From positions 8,348,390-8,412,389 of the forward strand of contig CM082580.2 in NCBI GenBank assembly GCA_040954595.2: 64,000 nt of DNA. Reading direction: 5' to 3'. The position numbers and the translations under genes are program-made. Source of the DNA: Balanoglossus misakiensis (lineage: Eukaryota; Animalia; Hemichordata). Shown here one piece after another: positions 40,301-53,415 of the stretch. Within the stretch, counting starts at the first letter, position 1; each line of letters starts with the position of its first letter. The notes below the pieces were generated by a model. The model was not told the origin of the DNA, searched no databases, and saw only the letters and a list, made by a program, of their open reading frames with translations.

Positions 40301-42846
40301 GTGCAAACGTGACAGATATTCCCAGTTCCCCGTTGGCCGGTACGATGCCAGTCAACGGAGTGATACTGAACGCTGGATGGGGCTGTAGGTAGGTCAGCTG
40401 GAACTCAAAGTCAATGGGAGCGTTGCAGCGTAGAGGGATCACTTTCGTAGACCTACATTTCAAGAGAAAAGATGTGAAGTCGCATCTGGTTAAGTAGCTG
40501 CTCAGTTACAGATGGCACCGACTTCTGTTGTCGATCAATAATATGAAAATATCAGAAGAGAACCACGCAGATGGCTTGCCTTCCTCTGTAAATTGAATCC
40601 AAGCACACGGTTGCAAGAGCATGAAGATGTGGAAAGCTGCACTTACGTCTGTGAAACCGGTGTCGGCTGGAAATAAATGATCTCCGGGAAATCAGCCGTG
40701 TTCATCACAGGGTATGCATGGATCGGTATGATGAGATTCTCATCTTCCTGCAAAATGAAAAACACTGTCATCAGCTTCACCGATCTCAAATAGCACGATA
40801 ACAACATCTTCATCACCATCGGGCCGAGTGTGCAGAGGGAAATCCGATAGTCTTTCGGACGGGTGGCACATGTGGTTAGCTGTCATCAACACTAACGTTA
40901 CGTGCTCAATAATCTGCTGACCAAAATGAATTTCAAATCCTGCTCACACACTAGATGTTTTCCAGAATTTACAACACAGTAAAAGTTAAATCTTTAATCT
41001 AATATTAGTACTTCAACACCGAAAGGCCTGTGACATCGATCATCACTTTACCTGATTTTCCCACAAAGGTACTGATAATTCCACTTGGATGACACAATTA
41101 CCGAGTTTCCCTACTGGCAGTCTGTGTTACACTAACGCGTTTCCACACACACACAGGATTTGACAGATGTAATAGAATGAAATGTCTCACCCGGGAAGGG
41201 TCAGATGCCATGCAATGAAATTTACAACAGAGAGGGCAAGAAGTCTGTATAGCAATATGCACATTGGTATGTGTCACATTGTTTCTCAATTCAGCAGTTA
41301 TTTTCTTCCTGTTTATGACCCTGCGCACAAATGTTTGCTGCAGTTAAATCTTTGGGTGTCTGTCTTTCTCTCTCTCTGACATTTGCCCCTCGCACCACTT
41401 CTGCTTATCAGGGGCAAAGTTCCTGCAGAGGTCAGTGACACTATGCCTGAGCTGACTCCTTTGGTTGAACTGAACTATGGACCTGAAAAACAGCTCATCC
41501 ACTAGAGCCTGTTGTACAAACTATCTTCATCTCATTAACCTATCACACTTATAATTATCTAACTCTGCATTGGGCAGTGAGTCAGTGAAATTGCAATAAC
41601 TTTCATCACTCTACTTAACTTTAAAACAACATTCTTGCTTGACGTATGCAGTATGGAAACATGCAGACAAGATGTGAGAGTTGTTAGAATTTCACTGATT
41701 CCCATGAGATGGAAGAAAACCATCGGCATTTGCAAAAGACTACATGCCATTGCCAGTACAGAGGATTTCCATCCAAGTTAGCTGTGGTGCTTACCTTGCA
41801 GTGTATTCTGATGCAGTCATAGTAGTACCTCCATTCATCTGGTACAAACTCAACAATGACATCCATGGTTAATCCAGGCACCAGCCTGTCATGCTTCTTG
41901 TACCTGATCCTGAAGTAGGCCGTGGATGGAGGTACTATGTGCATCTGTAAACATTCTGGCGAGATATTTGCAACCCTCTGCAAAGTGCACAAAACACACA
42001 AACATTTTCAGAATATCAAAAATATGTGATTTGCAAGAGTATTTTGTAAAAATATACATTTTTCACTGTTGTACAGTTATTTCAATCACCAAAGAAATAT
42101 CAGATACTGGATTGGCTAATATGCGTATAGTAATGCGATTACTTTTTAAGAGTAGAAATTGGTGTTTTTGGTGTCAGTGTACAGATACATGTACATACCA
42201 ATGTTTGTTTGTGAATGACTCCAAGCTCGTATCCCCCGAAGTGAATGACTCCTGGTCTTGCTTGGACAACATCATTCTGATTCACTTTATGGAAGATTTC
42301 TGTTGAGAGATAAAGTTAAGTGAATAAATATCACGGTACTGGTAGACAATCACATACATGTACCGGTACATAGATAAAGCACAAACAAACACTAGCACAG
42401 AGTACATGTACATCTTGTGTCAACAATAGTCTCATCTCTAAAGCAAAAATTGTTCGGAAACTGTTTTCATTACTCAAATTTCGCCTGATTCTATCCTTGC
42501 TCGAATTAACACGTTTTATTTTACATGTAAATCACTAAAAAGGTCATGGTCAAATTGAAGATGATGATCAGGATCAATTACACTGCAATCGACAATTTCC
42601 CACTTTCTGTAAATAGTCTTGCGCTTTAATACCTTCATATGGTGTTTATCCCGAACTGTTAAAACAAAACCACTGAAAGCACTAAAAGATCTTATAGTAA
42701 CTAAATACATTGATGTACTTACTCGTATCGAGCAGATGATTAGGAACAGGTATGTTTTTCTTTGGGGCCACCAGAGTGTCTGGCAACACTATTCCATTTG
42801 TACGTATCCCATTTGTGCCCTTGTTAATTGGCCTAGAAACAGCCAT
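34340..42846 (-). CDS. CFAP221: Cilia- and flagella-associated protein 221 (PCDP1)
   Basis: About 19 exons; the first six read 42846-42723, 42299-42199, 41977-41795, 40747-40647, 40452-40192, 40022-39766, and the last ends at TGA 34340. Characteristic peptides VPNHLL, LVPGL..FVPDEWRYYYDCIRIHCK, IPIHAYPVMN, IPLRCNAPIDFEFQ, SQFNSKP, NQLRWQVHLG. Internal exon boundaries are approximate. Confidence 0.9.
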
Positions 42847-45469
42847 CGTGCAACGTTTGACAGTCAAAAGTCAACACACAAGTAAATATTTCCCCTGTCC
42901 ACAGCGTGGTATATTAAGTTCCGCGTATGTGCGATATTAAATTAGTGGCTGAAAAAAAGTAGGTTGGTGTCTCCGTCTGCGAGGCCCAGGGTAACGGGCC
43001 TCGAGACGAGCACAGCTACTCAGGGATGCAAGACCTCAACAAGGACATGGTTCATCGACGAATTCGAAGAGAAAAACACAGACACGAATATTATATCCAG
43101 AATAATTCCTCACGGAACGCTTGTCTTGAAGGATCGATGAGCAACAAGCCAAAAACTTCTTGCCAAATCTTAATATTTTGACACCATAACAAATTTGTCA
43201 GTACGTCGCCATCTTGAACTGGAGTGCATTACATTGAACTATGTTTCCAATATATCCATCCGCTAGTCGAAACAATTCAATGTTTGTGCTTTGTTTAATA
43301 TAATTATTAAACTTCGATGGGACAAAATGATGAGAAAAATAAACCATAAACTATAATCGCAAATGAAAACTATGAAGTTCTGAGAATATTTAATATCATG
43401 GCATTTCTGCGGAACGATCGTGATCACCAAGGAGTAAAGCGTCCACGGCCTGAATGTTTCTATGACGACTTTGCATTACTGGAGAAAAGATTTAACACTA
43501 GCGGATTTCTCGGAGCTCAACGTTGGTGTCAGCATCAGAAACAGAATCGTGCGTTTTAGGAGGTCGCGCAAAAAGTGATTCCGACTTTGACAAACTTTGT
43601 TTCTTGTTTGTTTGTTTTTCACACTGAGAACGGGAACCTTCAGTGGGATTTCCCTGGTCTGGTGCGTGCCTTACCTGTTCAAATTTTGAAAAAAATAATC
43701 ATACATTATTTATTGCTAACACGATTGGTAAAATTGAACTTAGCTTTTTTCCTAATAGAAAAAAGGTATAATTCAATACTTATACTGTAGACCCGGAGTC
43801 AAACGATGAAATTTGAAAACAAAATGCATCTATTTGCTTCAGATTTTCAGCATGTGTTCCGTACATGATGTGTTTTTTTCTTCAAAGAAACCGCTCACAA
43901 ATGGCGCATGTCGACACACTTCGTCTTTTATGAGTCTGCACGTAATGGAGCACAACTACATGTATTCTATTTTAAATATAGCTGTGTAAACTGTGATGGA
44001 AAACGTCTTTCCCCTAATGCGATACTTCTAAACAGTCTAAAGTTAAAAATTAAGAGCCTACCCGTCAGTTTTGGCGAGTGTTGCTAACACGGTACGCTAA
44101 CTCGCTATTTCCCCGGCCCATTTCGGACACCTGGTGGTACAAGACGATCAAATATATATAGTAATCGTCACTTTAATCAATTGTTTGTGGGGTTTTTTTA
44201 CTTGGTAATTTCTTACCGTGTATGATAATGATATTAAACCCGATTTGATATCACATTTCTTCACTCGGGCCCGTATATAGCTTCCTCTGGTAGGTGCGTT
44301 ATTTTGGTAGGCATACGAAAAAAATCTTAGTGTTTTGTGTACGTTGTCCATTGTGTTCAAACCCTTTTAACTTCTTAACAAAGTCGGAGCAAAACGGAAC
44401 CTAAAGCAGCAGCGACGCGTACTGCAGTTCGAATTTTACGACATTGCATATAAATCACCTCTTTTTCATTTATATAATTATGGAATACATGTATGTCAAA
44501 GTGTGAGGCTGGATTTCATAAAGTAGTCGCTTGCTAATTTTGCGTAACAGTGCCACCACCGGGCTCGAGAGGTAAATTCTTTCGATTACAATTTGTCATT
44601 CTTTTCAATTTACAATTCTTTTGATTGATTGCTTGTATTACAAGTAGACGAACACGCAGGTGGGGTTTGGGTTTGGGACCTCAGTCCGTTGCTCACTACT
44701 GTTTCGGCTTTGCTGCCGTTTTCTTCAAAGAGCTGGTTCCCAGGTCTGGCGAACAATCAGAATCAGCCAGGGAGTCCATTCGAAAGCGAAAGTGACCGCG
44801 ATTCTGATTCCGAAGCCAACTTTTCTTGCGTATAGCCTTGAGCGGCTCACTGAATGTAAGGTCATACATGATTGTATATTGATTACTACCCGGATCCGCT
44901 GATCATCTTGTATAAGGTAAGTTGCGCTTTCCCCTTGACAATTTCCTTCAAGTTGATCGGCTACTATTGGTTCTATTAGTTGTAAACCTAGATATTAAAA
45001 GCACATTCACGTGTAACCAAATTACAGGCTTGAGTTTCTGGTAACACGGTTTTGCTTTTGTGCTGCTGGCTTGCGATGCGAGACCATCCGTGATGAGAGC
45101 GATACCATAATGTTTTCTTAGCGATTGTCTACCAAAGCAGAGAGCAGTATTTCGAACGTCAACACGTTACAAAAGAACTGATTCTGTAGTTTTACATTTT
45201 TCTGCTTGATATCTCATTCGAAGGTCAGCAGCTACATGAGTAGCCATGAATAATGATATGATGATTTCTCATAAAGCCTTGGGTCGCAGTACACCCATCA
45301 TAGCCGGACACTCGCACGGCGTTATGGGGCCACAGGGTGTTCTGCTGGTTGCTTTTATATATTGTTCATGTTGTAGTGTACAATTATGAACGAAGAGTTG
45401 TGTTAGTGTTTGTGTTTATCAATAGACGCAACATCTTGCTTACTGATCATGTGATGTAACAAAATGAGA

Positions 45470-45565
45470 TAGCTGCAGTTCAGTAGCTCGAGGTTTTCAG
45501 TGCCTAGGTTTGTGTGTTCGCATTGGCAAACCAAGGCAAAACCTCGAGCTACTGAACTGCAACTA
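45470..45565. repeat. ~96-bp near-perfect inverted repeat (hairpin), MITE-like or pre-miRNA-like
   Basis: Arms 'tagctgcagttcagtagctcgaggtttt' and 'aaaacctcgagctactgaactgcaacta' (1 mismatch in 28), with an inner stem gcctaggtttg/caaaccaaggc. Confidence 0.85.
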
Positions 45566-45917
45566 GGAAAAGACAGTTGTTGGAAACTGTAGGACCCTGA
45601 AAAAATGTCTCACTTTCACATTTGCTTCATGCAATTCACGTACCAGTATCATCGGATGGATCAAAAATAAATAGCTGGAATGAATACTACGGTGAAACTG
45701 ACATGTTTTACTAAAGGAAAACCTGACTAAATGTGCTTTTAATTACATGTGTCAGTCATGAAGTCACCTAACAGGAGGGAGCTGGCTCTTTGCCATCCCT
45801 TCAAAAGCAGGGAGATGGGTCAGTTGTGTGATATGCAAATTTTAGTTGTCACCATAGTGACCCAGGCTGGGGCATTTTTTATTCCCATCTCACAGATGTG
45901 AAGAATGACAATCCGTC

Positions 45918-48900
45918 ATGTTTGGCCGCCGTACACCCCGCCGGTGCTGCCTGTCGGCCTGCGTCGTTTCCGCAGGAACGTTTATGCTGCTCATCAGTGT
46001 GTACAACTCTGAGACGTTTCAAGGGTGGGTCCTGAACATGGGGCCGTCGCAAGACGCCGTGCGAAAGCAGTTCAGCGTGGCGCCTCCGGAGAGGCCAAGG
46101 CCTGGAGGGATTAACGCAAGGTAGGTCCATGATCTTCAACAGTGTATGTCACTTCCTAAAAGACAATATAAGATTTGAAACAAAACAGCCCCGCTTCTAA
46201 AAGGAAGCTGTTGGTTGCTGTTAACTGTTAAGACTGACTGGCTGTATTACATGGTCAGATGAAAAACACAATGATCACAGATGTAGTGATTAAAAAAATA
46301 ACACATTAAAGAATAAACAAAACCAAAAATATGAAAAAAGTTAATGTAATTATCATATTGGTGTCATATTTCATAATTTTGGCAACCAATATCTTTTTTT
46401 TTTCAATTTTTCAGAAGAAAAAAACATGGAAGTGATATATGTTGAAAATTGAAGCAAATCTATTAAAATTTGATTATTATCATGCTGGGAATGAATCTTA
46501 TCAAAATTAGGGTTCAATTGTATTCAACCACCTTAAAAGATAACTGTTATACTCAGCAAGGGGTACTGCTTTGTTTGATCTGGCAACATGAATTTTTAAC
46601 AATGCAAACAGTGAACGTCTGTTCTGAATTGTCAGAATATGTTATATATTATGGCTAATGACCTGGTTTACATCTTTCGTTATCAATATTCTGATAGCCT
46701 CTTCTGGACCCAGAAAATGTAAAAAAATGTAACACTGGTTAAAGATTAATTGAGAAACTAGATTATGTTTCACAGCTCAAGCCGTAGGCCTACTCTGTGG
46801 CTGAAAAATTAGAATGAGAATTTTTGTTGTTGAAATAATGACCAGAAAGGTCTTCAGATGTAGTATTTTCATTTAGCAGATCACTCACATATGATGTGTA
46901 TGAAATTATGACTAATGAGTTTGTTACTACAGATTATTGCATTCTGTAGATTTTTTTTTTGAATCAACATGTACGTTTAATGCTGTACACAAGAATCATA
47001 CATTAGATGATTTGTTTCGTTGAAATGTGCTCATCATCTGTCACAATCCATGAAAGTGAAAAGGGTTGTCATTGCTTATATGCACATTTTCTAGTTTCAT
47101 TTTATCAACATTCAAAATTTCATTTCATGTTTAATATGTAACTTGTAAGCAGTTTTGTTTCAAAGTTCAAGTAGCTACATCTGATTTACAAGGGATTTGC
47201 TTAGAAAGGTAGTATGTGCCTTGAAAATCAGCATCTTGAACTACCGGACATAACAGCTAAAACCAAAAGATGATATGCAAATTGCACGCTAAACTACATC
47301 TGCTGCAGAGTGGCTGAACACAGAAGCTGTGAAAATTACTCACATAATAGTAATTGCATAGATCTTATTAGAAGACAGACCATTCCATAATTTTTGTACA
47401 AAAGTGCAGCAACTGTTTAGCATGGTAAATACATGTATAATGCTTTTTAATTTAGTGTCGCTGAAATCCAGATCTTGGATCAATACAAAGCAGTGCATCT
47501 CAGCTTAAGCTACCGGTAAATTCCAGGAGTGTCAATAGATACTTGTATCATAAATCATGTGTAAACTACGTGCCAACGTTATCTTACTTCCAATAAAATT
47601 TTGTTCATTATTAAATACACAGCTTTTCTGTCAGTGGTGGTCAGACTTTTTCATCCATCCGATCACGAAAGTCAATATGACCTGATTTGCAGAGAGGCCA
47701 ACCTGACACGAACTTGTGTATTTGCGGAAAAAAAACTTTTTGTTTGATGCAGCCTAACATGACACAGGTCAACTTGCATGTCACCAGTCAGCCTGACAGG
47801 TGACAAAGTCAGGATGACTCATTGCCTTCTGGATTCATGAGATGACCTGACAATATTTAATGCAAATAGAGGTGCATTGAAATGTCACAACCCCACGCTA
47901 TTTGTACAAGAAGCAGCCTTTTGTCAGACAAACCCTTTAGATAAGAATATGATATATGCCTTTATTACTTAGTATTATTTTTTTCTTCTTTTTTTCTCCA
48001 GATTGTCACCACCATACTTAGACAAACATCCTATCAGGTATGTCTTCAAGCCCCTGTGAAAATAAACAGATTGACCAAAATATAATGTATGTATAAATTT
48101 ATGAATGATGAAAATACGTTTTCATATAAAATGTTTTCAACATTCTTAAATTTACACATAGTGTACATGTATATCATATATGTTCGAAAATGATTTCATA
48201 AAATTGTACATATAATTAAAATTTCATAAGTTATATATGTGGATTTCCCGCCGAAAAATGATTAGAAATCCACGGCAGACCCAGATACTTGTGTAGAATT
48301 AGTGAAATTGACCCTGCAAAAAAGTTCTTAGGCTCCAGCAGATCAGTGCCTGTATCGGGGTTGTTGTGTGTTTTTCTGAAGTAATACAAATCATGCATGC
48401 CCTTGAAATTGGTCATAAACATCGGTCTTCAAATGATTGGGATGAGGCCAGATAAAGAGGGAAAATGCTGCTAGGAGGTGGTAGACCTACTTTGCTGTAA
48501 CTTGTGTGTTTGGTGACCGTGGCGCGTGGGCGTTCCTGCCAACAATGTCCAGTGTGCTGGTATTTCACAAGTTCTGTCAGCTGCAGGGTTGTCGACAAAT
48601 AGTGCGGCAGGAATTTGCTATGGCAGACCAAAAATGTTTCCAAAATGTTCTCTTCACAAATAGTGTTAACTTTTACAGTTGAGAATAGACTTTTGACAAT
48701 GACTCAAATTTCAAAAGAATAAAAATGCTAAAAATATCCAAAATTACTGTGTCCAGAGCTCCCAATATAATTATAGTGGTACAAGAATTGTGTGTTTATT
48801 GATACATGTATATTTACAAAAGTTTTGTCATATGTGTCGATCATTTCACCTATACATGTACACAAGTTTTGAAATTTATCGAGCAATATATGTTGTGAAA

Positions 48901-51665
48901 TGCATTGAAAACAGTCAGTCATGCGGCTAAGATTACAATGATGGTATTTGACCATGTGTTGTGTTTGTCCATATGGCAAGCAAAAGCACAGTGGGGAAGT
49001 TGTGTCTGTGTGTTAATATCATGCCAAAAGCTGATCATGTACAACTGAGTAATTGTTCACTAATTATTTTTCCACATATACACATTTTAAAATTAAATGC
49101 ATGCATGTGGTATTTTTTGAAAGGATATTGACTCTTGGCCCATTGGTTAAGTGAAAGTACAGTTTTTGCTGTTCTTCTCCCTTCAATGAAAGTAATGTTC
49201 TGCTTTGTCTATTTTCAGACCTTTCAACAGCAACAATTCTGCAAATGGAAAATGTGTACGTGGTTATGTTCAGTCAGCCATGGCAGAATTTATACCATCG
49301 TAAGTTAAACATCCATTGCATATATCATGCATGAATGCAAATATTGTCAAGAAGGTTTATATTGTTGAAGAAATATTTCATCTCTTTTCAGTGTCAAAAT
49401 TCTCTGTATATGTGGATTCACAGACAAAACAAAATTCAAATGACCAGTTTTTATCGCTTTATGTCAATTTATCAATGCTGCTGGTCATTTGGACAATTTA
49501 CAACATTTACCAGTTCACATAAGTGTGTTTCCATGTCAGCTATTTATGTTGCAGTGACTCTATCGGACCTCTCACGTACTTCCTTGTGGTTTTTTTTGGT
49601 GATAACTTAACAGTGCCTTCTGTCCATTCTCGTTTGTGTAGATTCAACCCTGATGAACACCTGTTTTTGAACAGCACTTACAAATCATGGCAGTATACAG
49701 GAGACTCGCTTCACGCTTTGAATTTCCCACTGGGGTTGGGCGTGGGAAATGGTAAGTGTGTGTGTGTGTCTGGGATTAAGTCTGTGTTTACTCACAGGCT
49801 GTGTCTTGGAAAGCCCTTTAGATCCATGACCTGCTACCCACAAAAGACACGTCCAGGGAACATACCTGCTTGATCGCACGTCAGAAACCACAGCTGGTGA
49901 CTTGACTTCTGATTTCTCTTAAATCTGAAAATTAAACTAAAGCTGCAATACATGTATATGTATCCATAATATTAATAGTGTTTATTTTTTTTTCCATTGT
50001 TTACAGAGGCAATTTTAGATAGTATCCTTGAAAAAATTTCTAATCATGACAAAGTCAGAAAAAACAGGTAAGCTTTACTTTGTTTTCAGCCCCAGCTTCA
50101 CAAGGCCTTGGTATGGGACTATCAGGCTAATGATTTGGGCTTTTCGTGTCTGTCCGTATGCATGAGTGTGTATCTGAAATCCCATCTTTGACTTGAATGG
50201 TAACTCTTTATCTGTTTTCTCTCCACCGTTGTAGAAATGAATGTAAAACGTGTATATTGGTCGGCAGCTCAGGGGTCAGTCTGGGTCAAAAACTTGGCAA
50301 GGTTATCGACTCCTATGATGTCGTCATCAGGTGAGGAAATATTTCGCTCATCACAAACAACCTTTATACACACTGTCAGAACAGGAGCAGTATTGTTCAA
50401 GCTCCATTAGCTGTACATTTTCGCTATGATATTTTCAGTACATGTAGTTCTGTCTTGTGTATTTTTCTGCAGTTTCTTGTTCAAATCCCCGAAGCACCCC
50501 TTTAGAAGTCCAACTTTACCATAGAAAACAATAGAGTTAGATGCGACCATGGTGATGAAAGTGTTAATTAAGACTTTGCTTAGCAACTTCATGTTGAGAA
50601 ACCTTTTATTTTTACAGAATGAACAATGCTCCAATCAAGGGCTTTGAAGAGTACATTGGTAGCAAGACCACATTTCGGTTTCAGTACCCGGAATCTGCCT
50701 TTCCTACCCCAGAGGATCTTGAGGCTGACTGTGAAGTTGTCTTCGTCGCGTACAAGAGAGCTGATCTCTATTGGTTAAATGCAACTATAAATAGTGTAAG
50801 TGGCGTAGCAGTTGTGGTCTTATACAGAGTCTAAACTTGAAGGTTTTCAGAATTTGCACAAGAGCAAATTGCATGCTGAGGTGTAGTAGCAAGTCGTGTT
50901 AAATGGATAGTGTGCGATTGATGATGACCTAGCTGTCCCCTAAAGATGCTTTTCATGACACATTTCAGTTCATATGCGTTAGAGTATTGCTTTCAGTGTG
51001 CCACAAATTTTGCTTTTCGGGGACTTAGATCAACCACAGTGAGTCTTCAATTTCATCACAGTTGTCTTTCTCACACAGGAAACACCAACTATTGCCAAAC
51101 TACCCATTGGCTCTGGGATAAATCACCTCTACTGGAAGTCCGTCCCCCCAAGACTGGCCAAGCCCCCTCAGAAAATCAGACTGGTTAACCCCCACATTGT
51201 TTTATTGACAGCTTATGAACATGTGGGCTCACGGGTAAGTGTATGTGTGTGTGTTGGTCGCCACACTTGATTATTTCTGCTGGTGAGTTTTGGGGTAAAT
51301 TTGCTAACGTTTGAGTGTGGTAAGACTTTTGCTTGTCCGAATGAAACAGCCATGGGAAATTTTAGTGTTACCGACAACCGTTGCCTTTCTCTTTTGACCG
51401 CACGCAGTACGTACCGACCCTGGGCATGATCTCCATGGTGACCACTCTGTACTTCTGCGACCAGGTTCACATCACCGGCTACGGCGTCGATCCCAAATTC
51501 CCTTTCCACTACTACAGCTCTGACATGGCGGAAATGCCGAACACGGTGCACGACTGGAATCACGAGAAAAGTTATATCATGAACCTGCTCAGATACGGAA
51601 TCATTGAGAAAGACTTGACTGGTGTGTTTGCGGAGGAGGTCCGGGAGAGATGGAAGGACTCGTAG
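45918..51665 (+). CDS. Sialyltransferase (GT29), beta-galactoside alpha-2,3-sialyltransferase-like, ~392 aa
   Basis: Exons 45918-46120, 48002-48037, 49219-49299, 49642-49751, 50007-50067, 50235-50330, 50618-50795, 51079-51234, 51408-51665 join in frame (1179 nt). N-terminal hydrophobic anchor; sialylmotif L (CKTCILVGSSG...IDSYDVVIRMNNAP...GSKTTFR), S (PTLGMISMVTTLYFCDQVHITGYG), III (HYY) and VS (HDWNHE). Subfamily not resolved. Confidence 0.92.
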
Positions 51666-53415
51666 AAGTTGCTATCTTGCCATAGTGTTTTATCTGCTGT
51701 ATTTTGCCATATGCCATATTGCATACTGATACATGCTGAATTATGCTAGGTGAAAAATTTTACGTGAAAACATTTTTTTTAAACTGAAAAGGAGACAGGG
51801 TTACAGTATTGTCCTGAAATGCAATATTTCAATTTTAAAAAAATCTTTAGAATGACGCACAGCAAAAATGGTGACTTGTACTTTTTAGTGCATGAACTAT
51901 TTATGACATGCAGAGTTCTTTTTAGGCTTAGGGAAATAGTACCTGTCACATCGTCCACATTATTGTAACATGTAAAGTGATAAAGTTTGTCAAATGCGAT
52001 ATTAACTTGCCATTTTCAGTAATGTTTCCAAACTTGCCTACCATAACTATCGCTGATTGTTGTTTTTCTTTAACTGCCGTATGTTGGTATTTTTCAGTTT
52101 CGGTTCCTACTGTGCCGTTTGTGGGTGATGTTGCGTTTATTTAACTATTTTGTCTTAAAATATGATTTTGAGTAGACACTGTTAAACAGATATTATAAAT
52201 GTATGTTAGTAATTTGTGGATGCATTATAAAATGTAAACTTTTTAATATTTTTTAAATAATACATTTGAGTGTGTAAAGAAAAGCAAGTTTTACCTCCAA
52301 GTTGACATTTTGCTGCAAGTTTTGCTCCTTCCTCCATGGTATTACACACCTATTGTCCTAACCTGTGGCAGTCAATCGTGTGCTACATTTAGAAACATGT
52401 GTACAATGCGCAGAGTTGAAATACCTGGGATGATGTGCAGATGCCAATTCAATTGCATACTTCGTGAAAGTTTTTTGCAGTTTCATTTTATGCCAAGCAA
52501 CACTTCTCTGAAACGAAATTTGCCACAAAATGAAGCTTTATAAAACTCGGGCAAGAGTTACACCAAGTATCCACTTCAATCTTCAAGATTGTGATAACAA
52601 AGGAAGCTGTGGAAGACACAACTGTATTGTCACCAAGTGTTACCTTTTGTGTGAAATGCAAAAGCTGCAATATTTTAATACAATAGGAATATAACTTTTT
52701 TAAACCCCAAAACACTGACTTGTACACTATTCTCTGAATATCACAAATGTGGTCATTTCCATTTGGAAAACAGTGGGTTGAATTTGTTGTGTCAAGTGTG
52801 AATGAAACGAGTCTGACCAGTATTTTCAGGTCTCTGATTGTGTCATCTAGCATTGGCATGTTGTATTCTACACTAGGTGTGTCGCCAAACATTAATTTTT
52901 ATTTTGTGACACGAGTTTAAAAGTGCAAAGTCTCTCTTACTGATGTCAGAATCCATTAACTGTTTACTACAATACCCCATTGTACTCCAAATCAATTAGT
53001 AACTCGTATGATGACCACTCATGGCTTGAAGAATACTGTGAACTCTGATTTTGCCCTCTACGCTAAGTTTTGAACCATCCGCCATTTTGAACCCAGCTCA
53101 GTAACAAGCGATGTAAAATCCCCTAGTGAGGTGTGACTTGAAGCATCAGTATTACTATTCGTCTAGTTCTCACATAATTTTGACAAAAAACACTGGTACA
53201 GCCAACAGAGATGGTTATAGTCTGTTTATTTCACAGGACAGTAATTGTGTACAGCACAGCTTTCACAGGAAAAGTTGCTGACAGATGATTATGACAGTTT
53301 TAAACTAACCCTACCCAAAACTGCACTCAAAAGGCAATTGTTAACTCTCATCAACCTTCTACTCTGAACGACAAACAGCAGACAAACTATTGCCTTCAAA
53401 TGTAGTGGTTGAAAA

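Noticed and set aside
38826-40880. Isolated B-box-like (gggttcaaatacc, ~38827) and A-box-like (gtggcacatgtggttagc, ~40863) motifs
   Set aside because: 2 kb apart, wrong order, no cloverleaf; at most degraded SINE fragments, not tRNA genes.
41099-41482. Possible extra CFAP221 exon or structured RNA with two small hairpins
   Set aside because: Stops in all three frames after the acceptor; flanking exons already join in frame; no convincing H/ACA or C/D boxes.
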